Below are positions 19,619 to 29,288 of a stretch of 45,827 nucleotides of DNA, one piece after another (position 1 is the stretch's first letter; each line of letters starts with the position of its first letter). The stretch is from a virus (Duplodnaviria; Heunggongvirae; Uroviricota; Caudoviricetes). Where the stretch lies: the IMG/VR virus record IMGVR_UViG_3300007747_000008, positions 1-45,827 of that record; one strand, 5' to 3'. The translations under genes were made by a program, and so were the position numbers. Below the pieces are notes generated by a model, which did not search any database, was not told where the DNA came from, and saw nothing but the letters and a program-made list of their open reading frames with translations.

Positions 19619-19882
19619 ATGAGTCATGAAATAGATAATGCATACACCGACGGCTTTAATGAAGGAAAAGCTGAAGGAAAAGCTGAAGGTATAGAAAGTG
19701 GATACAATGATGGATTTTCTGATGGAAAAGATGAAGCTGAACAAGAAATTTCCAGTATTAGAAACCATTATCAAGGACAAATTTCAGATTATAGATATAC
19801 AATTAAATGCCTGAAACAAGAATTACACAATCTAAGGAAAGAATATGCAACAATTACACGAACTATATCAAAAAGTACTTGA
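19619..19882 (+). CDS. Hypothetical protein with GxxxG/EGKA repeats and a coiled coil
   Basis: GAGG SD; DGFNEGKAEGKAEGIESGYNDGFSDG. Confidence 0.7.
   Translation: MSHEIDNAYTDGFNEGKAEGKAEGIESGYNDGFSDGKDEAEQEISSIRNHYQGQISDYRYTIKCLKQELHNLRKEYATITRTISKST
19661..19689 (+). repeat. 12-nt tandem repeat (GAAGGAAAAGCT, about 2.4 copies)
   Basis: Read directly from the sequence; encodes EGKA repeats. Confidence 0.8.
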
Positions 19883-20777
19883 GACTGGAACGTATAGTGA
19901 AGATAGAACCGGAACAGGAACAATTAAACTAATTGGTCAACAAATGAGGTTCGACCTACAACTTGGTTTTCCAGCTACAACAACAAAAAGATTAGCTTGG
20001 AAATCCATGTCATCTGAATTACTATGGTTCTTGGAAGGTTCACAAGACGAAAGACGACTTTGTGAAATACTTTATGGTACTCGTGATGAAGATAAGAAAA
20101 CAATTTGGACTGATAATTACCAAACACAAGGTATTGCATTAGGATACCAAAATGGTAATCTTGGACCTGTCTATGGAAAACAATGGCGTGAATGGGAAGA
20201 TGTAGTAATACTTCCGGGAATCTATTCAGAAGTTGTCAAACATACCGAAATGGGTTACAACATGGTAGAACGTACCATGAGTGGTATGTACATTATGAAG
20301 AGAGTGATTGATCAAATTTCAGTACTAATTGATGGTTTAAAAAATAATCCATATGGTCGTCGTCACATTTTGTCAGCTTGGAATGTTGGTGATTTAGATA
20401 AAATGGCACTCCCACCATGCCATTCATTTAGCCAGTTCTTTGTAGTTGATGGAAAATTATCTTGTACATTATATCAACGTTCAGCCGATCTATTCCTTGG
20501 TGTACCATTTAACATTGCAAGTTACTCACTACTCACTCATATGTTAGCACAGGTATGTGGTTTGGAAGTAGGTGAATTTATTTGGATTGGTGGCGATTGT
20601 CACATTTATTCCAATCACGTTGACCAAGTAAAAGAACAACTTTCTAGAACACCAAAAGAACTTCCAACATTAGAAATTGATACTTCAATTAATGATATCG
20701 ATAGTTTCACCATGAATTCGTTTTCATTAAAAAACTATAATCCAGATGCATCAATCAAAGCACCAATGGCGGTATAA
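19845..20777 (+). CDS. thyA: Thymidylate synthase ThyA (T4 td homologue, no intron)
   Basis: DRTGTGT, ELLWFL, LGPVYGKQWR, ALPPCH, YQRSADLFLGVPFNIASY (the Asn indicates dUMP specificity), C-terminal IKAPMAV. Confidence 0.97.
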   Translation: MQQLHELYQKVLETGTYSEDRTGTGTIKLIGQQMRFDLQLGFPATTTKRLAWKSMSSELLWFLEGSQDERRLCEILYGTRDEDKKTIWTDNYQTQGIALGYQNGNLGPVYGKQWREWEDVVILPGIYSEVVKHTEMGYNMVERTMSGMYIMKRVIDQISVLIDGLKNNPYGRRHILSAWNVGDLDKMALPPCHSFSQFFVVDGKLSCTLYQRSADLFLGVPFNIASYSLLTHMLAQVCGLEVGEFIWIGGDCHIYSNHVDQVKEQLSRTPKELPTLEIDTSINDIDSFTMNSFSLKNYNPDASIKAPMAV

Positions 20778-20824
20778 TCAAACACGATATACTAGTATCT
20801 GTTGTAAAACAATTTTAATATAAT

Positions 20825-20852
20825 AAAAAAAGGAGCCAATTGGCTCCTTTTT
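20825..20852. terminator. Bidirectional intrinsic terminator
   Basis: A-tract, GGAGCC-aatt-GGCTCC, T-tract, between convergent genes. Confidence 0.9.
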
Positions 20853-20853
20853 G

Positions 20854-22755
20854 TTATCTATAGGTTAGAATTGCTCTACCATTAAATCTTAAATCAGGTG
20901 ACGCTGGTACTGAAAGTACTGCATTAGTTGCAGAAATAACAATACTGTCAACATCCACTGGACTATAATTAGAACCAACTTGTTCTTGAATCATAATACT
21001 TTGAATATTAGGACCAGTAATTGTAAAGGTATAATATGCACCATTCAACACCCATGACGCTGTTGTAAATGCTTGTTCTACCCCACCACCACTAACTGTA
21101 GTCCACTGTCCATTGGATTTTTGCATAACCGTATTTCGCTGAGAACTATAGGCAATCATTCCATCTTCACCAACGGCGTGGTCAATTGGATTTAGTATTG
21201 GTAGCTTAATACCATACTGATTAAACTTAGTTCGTATTGCTGCACCGTCATTAATCGTTATGTCCGCAAATGTAGACATATCAAACTTCAAAAGTCCATC
21301 AGTCTGGGAAATTACAGTTGGAGTAGTGGCGTTTTCTAAAGTTAACAACCCACTAGGCATCAAACTAAGATTTTTGAATCGGTTAGATGTACCATTAAAA
21401 GTACTTACCGCATTAACAACTAGGGTATCTGTATTTGCATCCCCGATTATTGTATTTCCAGCAACCGTTAAATTTTGGTCAACCGTAATGGAACCATGAA
21501 ATAGTGAACTAGCATCTTTTAATTCAACTTGGTTATTTCCAGCAATACTAAACGTTACGGTATTACTTACAGCGGTTATACCCGGATTTGATACGGTATT
21601 TCCAGTTCCTTGGAATTGAAGTGCAGGAGCACTTACCGGATTGACGTTGGCAGCTTCTAAAATAATCATACCAACTGAGTTAATTCTAACTTTTTCAACA
21701 CCCGTACTGCTAAAACCTATACTACCCGCCGCTTGACGGAAAATACCAGTACTGGTATCAGTCCACTCGCTCGGGATCATACCACTGTTCAGATCTGGGT
21801 CACTATTGCCATCATTAAACGCGATAGCCGGGGCAGCAGCAGAACCATATACAACACCGAACCTACCGGAGCCTACTGAACCATCGTTCGTCATAGAGTC
21901 TCCTGTGCGTCTTAAACCGTATATAACAATATTATCAATAACACTTTGTGAAGTGCTTGAGTTTGAAACAAATGCCCGCTTGACTGAACGTATAATTGAG
22001 CTATCATATAGTACTGATGACGCCATAATACTAGCACGGCTTTGTCTAACACGCTGAACCATAGTAGGAGTTAGGATTACCCAATCAGAATCCGACAATC
22101 CAACCTCTGCTGAGGGATTATTGTCAGTATTAAATGCTGCAATTAAATCTGGGTTGTTATTCACCAATGAAAGCAATCCTACATGACCAGTAGCTGGTAT
22201 ACTTGCTGGTATAAATCTGGCAAATGCGTTAATAACAACGGTATTAGCACCTGTTGTTGGATCTTTACCGATATAATATTTTATTTGTGTCCAATTACCT
22301 GAAGGGTTAGTTGGAGTGAAAATAACAAATGGTTGTGTCGTTGGATTTGCTAATAAGTGTTTTGCCGCACTATCTTGAATTGAACGCACTATATAATAAT
22401 CACCATTGGTTGTTGCAGATGGAGTCGGGAGTGCCATGTAGGTGTATGGTGGATCAATATCATCCTGTACTGGATCAAATGTTCCTGCATATTCAAGACC
22501 GCTGGTAACTGATTCTGGTAATTGTGATGTTAGTAATCGCCCATTCTCATCTAAAAATGCAAATCTTCGATATGCAACACTATCATCATCAAAGCCGATA
22601 ACACCTTCAAAAGATTTCCATGAATCATTATAACGAATCATACCACTTCGAATAGCATCAGACGTTGTTTTTGTCGGAGCCTTTGGTAATTCAAGATATG
22701 CATTACTATCAATGATTACACCATTGGCTCCTTTTATTCTTTGTATACTTGTCAT
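20854..22755 (-). CDS. Virion fibre/structural protein
   Basis: GMIRYN...FEG and GMIAYS modules, triple-beta-type repeats (IGFSSTGVEKVRINSVG); GAGGA SD; late promoter upstream. Confidence 0.7.
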   Translation of the reverse strand: MTSIQRIKGANGVIIDSNAYLELPKAPTKTTSDAIRSGMIRYNDSWKSFEGVIGFDDDSVAYRRFAFLDENGRLLTSQLPESVTSGLEYAGTFDPVQDDIDPPYTYMALPTPSATTNGDYYIVRSIQDSAAKHLLANPTTQPFVIFTPTNPSGNWTQIKYYIGKDPTTGANTVVINAFARFIPASIPATGHVGLLSLVNNNPDLIAAFNTDNNPSAEVGLSDSDWVILTPTMVQRVRQSRASIMASSVLYDSSIIRSVKRAFVSNSSTSQSVIDNIVIYGLRRTGDSMTNDGSVGSGRFGVVYGSAAAPAIAFNDGNSDPDLNSGMIPSEWTDTSTGIFRQAAGSIGFSSTGVEKVRINSVGMIILEAANVNPVSAPALQFQGTGNTVSNPGITAVSNTVTFSIAGNNQVELKDASSLFHGSITVDQNLTVAGNTIIGDANTDTLVVNAVSTFNGTSNRFKNLSLMPSGLLTLENATTPTVISQTDGLLKFDMSTFADITINDGAAIRTKFNQYGIKLPILNPIDHAVGEDGMIAYSSQRNTVMQKSNGQWTTVSGGGVEQAFTTASWVLNGAYYTFTITGPNIQSIMIQEQVGSNYSPVDVDSIVISATNAVLSVPASPDLRFNGRAILTYR

Positions 22756-22787
22756 TAAAAATTCCTCAGAATATGCTTATATATCAT

Positions 22788-22793
22788 TATTTA
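22788..22793 (-). promoter_or_regulatory. Late promoter core TAAATA
   Basis: tattta on the plus strand, 32 nt upstream of ATG 22755. Confidence 0.5.
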
Positions 22794-22825
22794 CCTTATA
22801 TTGGGTTGTGGGATAGTATAAAAAC

Positions 22826-22855
22826 AAAAAGGTCAGCACAAAGCTGACCTTTTTT
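22826..22855. terminator. Intrinsic terminator (bidirectional form)
   Basis: AAAAAGGTCAGC-acaaa-GCTGACCTTTTTT. Confidence 0.88.
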
Positions 22856-22856
22856 A

Positions 22857-23489
22857 TTATAGAACTTGTTCACCCCAGACCGATACATTACGAATTGCTT
22901 CATAATCAGCAGCAGAATCAATTGCAAGAATTAATTGTGCCTCCGTATCAAATAATCCTTCTCGATATTTTGCAATTTCTAAATATAACTCTTTTAAATC
23001 ACTGACTGTTAATGTAACATCAACACCACTTTGTAATCTAATTGCAACGCTAGTAATAGTTGAATCCAATAATGATTCAATAATTAGACCTTGTAATTCA
23101 ACCCGACCATCAGAGGAAATATCAAATTGATTTTCACCTTTGGTGTAAAAACCATATGATAACTGGGTACGATAAGAACGAACTCGGTTTTTCATTTCAT
23201 CTCTAATGATACTTAGATCCATCAATTTATATGTGTAAGTATTAGTAATTTCACCATTTACATCATCAAATGTGATTTCTTTGTTGTCTAACTCAGTAAA
23301 TTCACCATTATTGACATATACATCTTTTTGAATCCAAAATCCTTTTGCTAGACGCCCTGCGGCGTCTAATCTACTAATATCACCGATGGTTTCATCGGTG
23401 ATTGGGCTGCGTTGGTTGATGGTGTTAGAAATATATTTCAAAATCTCCCATTCACCACTATCATTTTTCTTAACTGCTACGTAGATCAT
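22857..23489 (-). CDS. Tail fibre assembly/chaperone-like protein (DUF4376-like C-terminus)
   Basis: Follows the long fibre gene; FDISSDGRVELQG, VTLTVSDLKEL and AIDSAADYEAIRNVSVW pattern. Confidence 0.6.
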   Translation of the reverse strand: MIYVAVKKNDSGEWEILKYISNTINQRSPITDETIGDISRLDAAGRLAKGFWIQKDVYVNNGEFTELDNKEITFDDVNGEITNTYTYKLMDLSIIRDEMKNRVRSYRTQLSYGFYTKGENQFDISSDGRVELQGLIIESLLDSTITSVAIRLQSGVDVTLTVSDLKELYLEIAKYREGLFDTEAQLILAIDSAADYEAIRNVSVWGEQVL

Positions 23490-23512
23490 ATATTAATCTC
23501 CTTTCCGTGTTA

Positions 23513-26500
23513 TTATAGGTTACGTTGTGCAATGAACACATCTAGTTTATCGCCTTTACCGCAATAAACAACTTGACAAATTGAAACAGAGTTAGCAACA
23601 GGGTTAATTGCAGAATCGGTCCCGATTACAGTATAGGTAGAACCCCAATCAATTGAGTGATTACCTACCGAGTCTTGTGTAATATAGTAGAACCAAGAAC
23701 CAGCATAACCCGGTGTATAAGGTAGAACTCCCATTACAATATTTCCAGTCAATGTAACGTTATAAACGTTTGTAGTACCGTCTGGTGTCCAAGTACCAGT
23801 AGCACTCGCTACATCTTGGGATTTAACCAAGTACTTGTTAGTTACAACAGACTGAGTTACTAGATTTGCAATATCCGCTGTTAATGTGCCATTTACTGTT
23901 AAATTATTTGCAGTAATTGTACCAGTACTTGTTAGATTAACAGAAGTGATTGCTCCAGTAAATCCAGAAGTCCCAGTTACTGATAGATTCCCACTAGCAG
24001 ATATTCCAGCCAATGTACTTAAACCGGTTGCCGTTAGTGTATCTGTTGAAGATCCACCAGTTACAGCAAGACCACCAGCACTTATTGTTACTTTACCAGC
24101 AGACGATACAGTACCACCAAGAGTTGTTGCTCCAGTAACACCTAATGTATCAGTTGTTGAACCACCTGTTACAGCAAGACCACCAGCACTGATTGTTACT
24201 TTACCTGCCGCAGATACAGTACTACCTAATGTAGTTGCTCCAGTTACTCCAAGTGTAGTACCAACCGTTGTTGCTCCAGTACTTTGTAATGTTGCACCTT
24301 TAACAAATGTGGTAGAAGTTAAAGATTTTGCAACAACATCAGATGTAGTCTGATCTAATGTACCAATAATACTACCTTGTACTGTAAAGTTACCAGTACA
24401 TGTGGTGTTACCATTGATTTGTAGGTTATTGTTACTAGAACCAGAAGCACCGATAATAGCAGAAGCCATTGTGGTTTGACCAGTTACCGCTAAAGTAGTA
24501 CCTACTGTAATACTTTGCGAAGTTGTGATAGAACGTGGTGAAATATCGCGACCTGTTAAGTTAATTGCCGCGTTAATAGTACCGTCAACATCCAAATTAC
24601 CACTAATATGAACTGCACCACCAACTTCTGCAATATATGTTGCTTCATCCCATACTAGAGTACCTACATGTAGATTAGTAGTGCTAGTTTTCTTGAAGGA
24701 TGCGGTTGTTGTTGCAGCACCATTTTGTGAAATGTTACCAGCAGTTACAACCAAGTTACCAGCAGTTACAGTTGCTCCACTATCAGCAGTTACAGAACCG
24801 AAACGACCTGCACCACTTGAAGTTATTGTACCCGCAGCTACCGAAAGATTACCAGTAGATACTGTTACACCATTATCAGAGGTTACAGAACCGAAACGAC
24901 CGTCACCAACACTTCGTAGAATACCACCAACTGAAGCATTACCAACAACAGCAAGAACTTGACCAACATTTGCATCAGCAACGGTTGTTAAACTATTAAC
25001 TGAAACGTCAGCACTTGAAATATCCAATCCACCAGTAGGTATTAAAGTACCTTCAACTGTTAAGTTTCCTTTTGCAACCGTTGCATTTGTAATCTCTAGT
25101 GAATTCAATGTTGCTTTACCTGAAGTACTCAATGTTGTTGCAGTTGTTGCTCCAGCATTCAATCCACCAAGTGTTGTAATACCAGTTACAGCTAAAGTAG
25201 TAGTTACTGAAGCAGAGTTTAGTACTGAAGCACCAGCAGTTAGTCCGGCTAATGTTGTTGCACCAGTTACGCCAAGTGTTCCACCAATTGTAGTATTACC
25301 AGAAATTGCAGGAGCACCGGTAATAACACCAGTAGTTAGTACTAAAGAAGTCCCCACTGTGGTGGAACCTGTACTTGCCAATGAAGCAGCTACTAAGTTA
25401 GTTGCACTTAAATCAAAAGCACCATCAACTGTTAAATCACCAACAACATGTGCATTTCCTAATGAATTTAAAGATTTAACAGTTACATCAGTAGTGCTTA
25501 AATCAATAGTTCCAGCAGTTAGTGTACCAGTTACATTTAAATTACCAGTTACTTGCGTATTTTTGGCTAATGCGATAGTTTCATTAGTTGAGGTAATATT
25601 ACCATTAAAGGTTGAAGTACCAGTTACAGTAGCCGATGCTAGAGTTGTTGCACCAGCAGATACACCCGCCAATGTTGATGCTCCAGTTACTGTTAATGAT
25701 CCAGTTTGTGCAGTTGTTGCAGTTAGATTAGTAACTGTACCAGTTGCAATTGTGGCAGTAGTAGAAGATAGTACTGGGAATCTATTTGTTTTCACTGCGT
25801 CCGAAGCGGTGAAGCTCAAAGCAGATACATCAGCTCCAGACAAATCTACAGAACCACCAACCACTAGATCGCCAGCAAAGTTTGCACCTTCAGTCGTAGT
25901 GATCGATTTAGCAGAAATATCAACTGAACTTAGGTTTAAACCACCGGTCGGAGTCAAGGTTCCAGCAACTGTTAGGTCACCAGTTACATCCAATTCACCA
26001 GATACTGCAACTTTAGCAGAATTTAAGTTAATTGTATTATTAGCAGCAGTTGTAGTAACAGCACCATTTAATGTCAATGCATTTAATGTTGTTGTTCCAG
26101 AAACCGATGCAGATGTTGCAGAAACACCAGCTAAAGTACTTGCACCAGTTGCATTCAATGTGGTTGTAGTTACACCAGCTAAAGTACTGGCACCTGTAAC
26201 ACCCAATGTACCACCAACTGTTACATTTCCAGTACTTTCTACTGTTGCAGGTTTAATATCTAAACCATCAACGTTTGCTTCAGCGGTAACACCAGTTGTA
26301 GTCCCAGTTACTACTAAGTCTTTAACAGTAATAGTTTGTCCATTTACTGTAACATTGCCACCTAATGTAGTTGCACCAGTAACTCCCAATGTTCCACCAG
26401 AACTTAATGATGTTGTCGCTGCAACCGAACCGTCAGAAGTGATAGAAGTTGTTGCTGCAACGGTTCCTGCTGAAACTGAGGTTCCAGAAATTGCACCAGT

Positions 26501-28303
26501 TGATGAAACATTTCCAGTAACAGCGACCGGTCCAGTAACCTGTCCAGTTGTGAGTACTAATGCACCACCAACTGTTACATTTCCAGTACTTTCTACTGTT
26601 GCAGGTTTTATATCTAAACCATCAACATCCGCTACAACGGATACACCAGTTGTAGTACCAGTTACTACTAAATCTTTAATTGTAGTTGTTTGTCCATTTA
26701 CGGTAACATTACCAGTTAATATAGAAGTGCCACCAACAGTTAAGTTAGTTCCTACTGATGTAGTTCCTACTGATGCAATAGTATTTCCACTAACTGCTTC
26801 CGCTGCAACGACCGACTTTGGAGTGATGTCCTGACCCGTTACATCAACAGTTAGACCAGTTACAGTACCAGTGAAATCAACATCACCTAATACTGATTTC
26901 CCAGCAACCTGAAGTTGTGGTGTGGCTGTGCCAATTGTACTGTTACCAGTAATGTTCAAGTAATCGATTGTCGCATTACCCAATGCATGTAGACCTGAAG
27001 TCCCACCTACAACACCGATATCAGCACTATCAGATGTAACTTTACGTGCAGCCAAATCATTTGTACTAATTTTATATGGTTCAATGCTTGATTTAACATC
27101 TGTAGGTCGTGCTGGGTCATTATAACCAAATTGGATAATTCCGTGGTTCCCACTTGTGCCGTCACGAACAGTAAATGTACTAAATGATGCGATTGATGCA
27201 GTTCCACCAGTGATGTTTCCACCAATAGATACACCCTGTAATGATGACGCACCTGTTACGGTTAGTGTTGCAGCATTTACATCACTGAATGTTAAACCTG
27301 AAACCGAACCAGTAATTACTAAATCACCAACGGTAGTTTGTCCGGTGAAAACAGATTTACCAGCAACTTGTAATTGGTTTTGATCACCAATCGTGCTGTT
27401 ACCTGTGATATTAAGATAATCAACTGTTGCTTTTCCGATTGCATGTAACCCTTCAGTGCCACCTACAACCCCAATGTTAGCAGAATTGGAAGTTACAACT
27501 TTACCAACTAAGTTATTGGAACTTACTTGGTATGGTTCAATACTTGATTTAATATCAGTTGGACGAGCCGGATCATTGTATGCGAAATCAACAATTGCAT
27601 CAGAACCCAACATACGAACGTGATTTACAGAAACAGTACTAGTAGTACCAGTTACGTTACCCGTTAGTGTTGTTGAACCTTTGATATTAACGTTATTTAA
27701 ATCACTCAATTGAGCAACTTTAATACTGTTAAAATCACCAGCATCCATTGTATATGTGCCAGTTAAAGCACCATTGATTTCAACATCAGTTAAAGTTGTC
27801 TTGCCTGTTACATTTAACGTGCCGCCTAGTACTGAATTTCCATTCACTTTCAAGGAATCAGTTTCTAGGTCTTTTGTTGTAGCTTTTGTTCCGGCACCCA
27901 TCGTTAGGTTACCGTTTAATAGCGATTCACCTGCTACGGTTAATGAATCAACAGAGGTTGCTTTTAGGGTGGCGATTCCTGATGTTTGTGATACATTACC
28001 AGCAAAAGAAACAGGAGCTTGAAATGCACTTGTTCCTTTTACGGTCACCGTATCAGTACTAGCATCACCTATTGTCGTGTTTCCTGATATGGCTACATTA
28101 GCTAGTGATGCAGTGCCAGTTGCATTGATATCGGTTAGGTTAGCTGCACCAGAAACGTCGATCTGTGTAAATGTTGCTTCGGCAAAATCTACCGTACCAG
28201 TTACTTCTAGATTTCCTTGTAAAAGGGTATTGCCCTTAACGAGAAGATCCTTATCAACGGTACTATTTCCAGAAACGCCTAGATCAGTTTTAATAGAATA
28301 CAT
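23513..28303 (-). CDS. 1596-aa Thr/Gly/Val/Ala-rich repeat fibre protein (beta-solenoid/triple-beta-helix-like)
   Basis: Pervasive GxLxVTGxTTL repeats, internal duplications, globular aromatic C-terminal domain; GGAGG SD. Confidence 0.8.
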   Translation of the reverse strand: MYSIKTDLGVSGNSTVDKDLLVKGNTLLQGNLEVTGTVDFAEATFTQIDVSGAANLTDINATGTASLANVAISGNTTIGDASTDTVTVKGTSAFQAPVSFAGNVSQTSGIATLKATSVDSLTVAGESLLNGNLTMGAGTKATTKDLETDSLKVNGNSVLGGTLNVTGKTTLTDVEINGALTGTYTMDAGDFNSIKVAQLSDLNNVNIKGSTTLTGNVTGTTSTVSVNHVRMLGSDAIVDFAYNDPARPTDIKSSIEPYQVSSNNLVGKVVTSNSANIGVVGGTEGLHAIGKATVDYLNITGNSTIGDQNQLQVAGKSVFTGQTTVGDLVITGSVSGLTFSDVNAATLTVTGASSLQGVSIGGNITGGTASIASFSTFTVRDGTSGNHGIIQFGYNDPARPTDVKSSIEPYKISTNDLAARKVTSDSADIGVVGGTSGLHALGNATIDYLNITGNSTIGTATPQLQVAGKSVLGDVDFTGTVTGLTVDVTGQDITPKSVVAAEAVSGNTIASVGTTSVGTNLTVGGTSILTGNVTVNGQTTTIKDLVVTGTTTGVSVVADVDGLDIKPATVESTGNVTVGGALVLTTGQVTGPVAVTGNVSSTGAISGTSVSAGTVAATTSITSDGSVAATTSLSSGGTLGVTGATTLGGNVTVNGQTITVKDLVVTGTTTGVTAEANVDGLDIKPATVESTGNVTVGGTLGVTGASTLAGVTTTTLNATGASTLAGVSATSASVSGTTTLNALTLNGAVTTTAANNTINLNSAKVAVSGELDVTGDLTVAGTLTPTGGLNLSSVDISAKSITTTEGANFAGDLVVGGSVDLSGADVSALSFTASDAVKTNRFPVLSSTTATIATGTVTNLTATTAQTGSLTVTGASTLAGVSAGATTLASATVTGTSTFNGNITSTNETIALAKNTQVTGNLNVTGTLTAGTIDLSTTDVTVKSLNSLGNAHVVGDLTVDGAFDLSATNLVAASLASTGSTTVGTSLVLTTGVITGAPAISGNTTIGGTLGVTGATTLAGLTAGASVLNSASVTTTLAVTGITTLGGLNAGATTATTLSTSGKATLNSLEITNATVAKGNLTVEGTLIPTGGLDISSADVSVNSLTTVADANVGQVLAVVGNASVGGILRSVGDGRFGSVTSDNGVTVSTGNLSVAAGTITSSGAGRFGSVTADSGATVTAGNLVVTAGNISQNGAATTTASFKKTSTTNLHVGTLVWDEATYIAEVGGAVHISGNLDVDGTINAAINLTGRDISPRSITTSQSITVGTTLAVTGQTTMASAIIGASGSSNNNLQINGNTTCTGNFTVQGSIIGTLDQTTSDVVAKSLTSTTFVKGATLQSTGATTVGTTLGVTGATTLGSTVSAAGKVTISAGGLAVTGGSTTDTLGVTGATTLGGTVSSAGKVTISAGGLAVTGGSSTDTLTATGLSTLAGISASGNLSVTGTSGFTGAITSVNLTSTGTITANNLTVNGTLTADIANLVTQSVVTNKYLVKSQDVASATGTWTPDGTTNVYNVTLTGNIVMGVLPYTPGYAGSWFYYITQDSVGNHSIDWGSTYTVIGTDSAINPVANSVSICQVVYCGKGDKLDVFIAQRNL
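24060..24257 (-). repeat. 108-nt-period tandem duplication in the fibre gene
   Basis: GTTACAGCAAGACCACCAGCACT at 24060 and 24168 (AGKVTISAGGLAVTGGS twice). Confidence 0.85.
26210..26626 (-). repeat. Direct repeat with 354-nt offset in the fibre gene
   Basis: 26210-26272 vs 26564-26626, 63 nt with one mismatch (VDGLDIKPATVESTGNVTVGG). Confidence 0.9.
27075..27580 (-). repeat. Diverged duplication with 456-nt offset in the fibre gene
   Basis: YNDPARPTD.KSSIEPY at 27075-27124 and 27531-27580. Confidence 0.85.
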
Positions 28304-28345
28304 ATAATCCCTCCGTTGGAATTGTTGAACTATTATAGTTTTTAG

Positions 28346-28353
28346 TATTTATT
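28346..28353 (-). promoter_or_regulatory. Late promoter variant AATAAATA
   Basis: tatttatt on the plus strand, between the terminator and the fibre gene SD. Confidence 0.6.
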
Positions 28354-28362
28354 GAAGTAAGG

Positions 28363-28398
28363 AAAAAAATAATCCAGAACATTATCTGTTCTGGATTA
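28363..28398 (-). terminator. Intrinsic terminator
   Basis: TAATCCAGAACA/TGTTCTGGATTA 12-bp stem, T7 tract on the minus strand. Confidence 0.82.
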
Positions 28399-28401
28399 AT
28401 A

Positions 28402-29277
28402 TTATTTTCCGCTTATCACTACCTTGCCACTTAGTGGTGAGTACGATTTAAAGATAACATTGCCATCAACATCGATAGTACTATCAGTTGATATTAATGT
28501 ATATGGTGGAACGCCCACATCACCATCTACTATATTTTCGTAAATGGCGACGTAAAGTGGTCCCAATTCTTGGTTATGAGTTGTTGCAGGAACTGTTAAT
28601 ACCCACATATCACCACTTTGAACCCATTGAGTTTTGTTTATTGAATTACTATACGGTGTAGTCATAGTTGTTGCTCCTATAAGTTTAATTATTAGAATAT
28701 CAGTTGGTTGTATATTGGTAACTAAGGTTAAGTTTCCAATTGCATCCACTAAAACTTCAGTTTGAACCGAATTTCCAGTGATATCCTGAAGTTGTACTAA
28801 AAATCCAGTACCACGATTATGAACGCTCTCAGGTAATACATAAGTATAGGTACTGCCGGAGCCACTAAAGTCTGTAGGTTGAACAGTATAAGAGGTTACA
28901 TAATCAGAATCTGTGGGCGGTACTGGTTTTTTAAAAGGTTTCCACACTCCTGTATCTTTCATATAAATTTGAACAATGTTCGTATCATCTAATTGAAAAT
29001 ACGCATCACCATTTTGACCCAATGAAATATCAGGAACTGCTGTACCACTTAGAATAGGATTTGTGCTTCCACCACCACCATGTGTGTTAAAATAACCCAA
29101 TGACACCGCATGTGATTGTTCAACTGGATCTGCCACACTAACTGGAATTAATCGTGTTCCTTTGTAATCTTGGACTTTAATAGCACCTTCAGTACTATCA
29201 TATGTTAAACGCCCGCCATTTTTACCAAGAATAAACGAGTTTTTCATAGTCCCATCTAGGTTTGAAAAAATTGCCAT
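28402..29277 (-). CDS. Virion structural protein (fibre-associated)
   Basis: VADPVEQSHAVSLGY, SGTAVPDISLGQNGDAYF module, two related C-terminal beta domains; GGAG SD. Confidence 0.7.
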   Translation of the reverse strand: MAIFSNLDGTMKNSFILGKNGGRLTYDSTEGAIKVQDYKGTRLIPVSVADPVEQSHAVSLGYFNTHGGGGSTNPILSGTAVPDISLGQNGDAYFQLDDTNIVQIYMKDTGVWKPFKKPVPPTDSDYVTSYTVQPTDFSGSGSTYTYVLPESVHNRGTGFLVQLQDITGNSVQTEVLVDAIGNLTLVTNIQPTDILIIKLIGATTMTTPYSNSINKTQWVQSGDMWVLTVPATTHNQELGPLYVAIYENIVDGDVGVPPYTLISTDSTIDVDGNVIFKSYSPLSGKVVISGK

Positions 29278-29288
29278 TTCAATTCTCC

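Noticed and set aside
19845-20777. Group I intron in td, or a dCMP hydroxymethylase identity
   Set aside because: The ORF is continuous, and the PFNIASY Asn indicates an ordinary dUMP-specific ThyA.
20778-20824. Possible sigma70 promoter or small RNA after thyA (TTGTAA...TATAAT; ATACTAGTAT palindrome)
   Set aside because: The spacer is only about 11 nt and it points straight into a terminator; a short AT-rich palindrome is expected by chance.
25359-26834. 491-aa plus-strand ORF, and smaller ones at 23886, 24681, 27156 and 27756
   Set aside because: Antisense shadows of the Thr/Gly/Val/Ala-rich fibre gene; non-ATG starts, no SD, and mirror-image composition.
23513-28303. CRISPR array or DGR template/variable repeat pair
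   Set aside because: The repeats are in-frame coding duplications with no spacer pattern, no adenine-specific mismatch pattern and no reverse transcriptase in the window.
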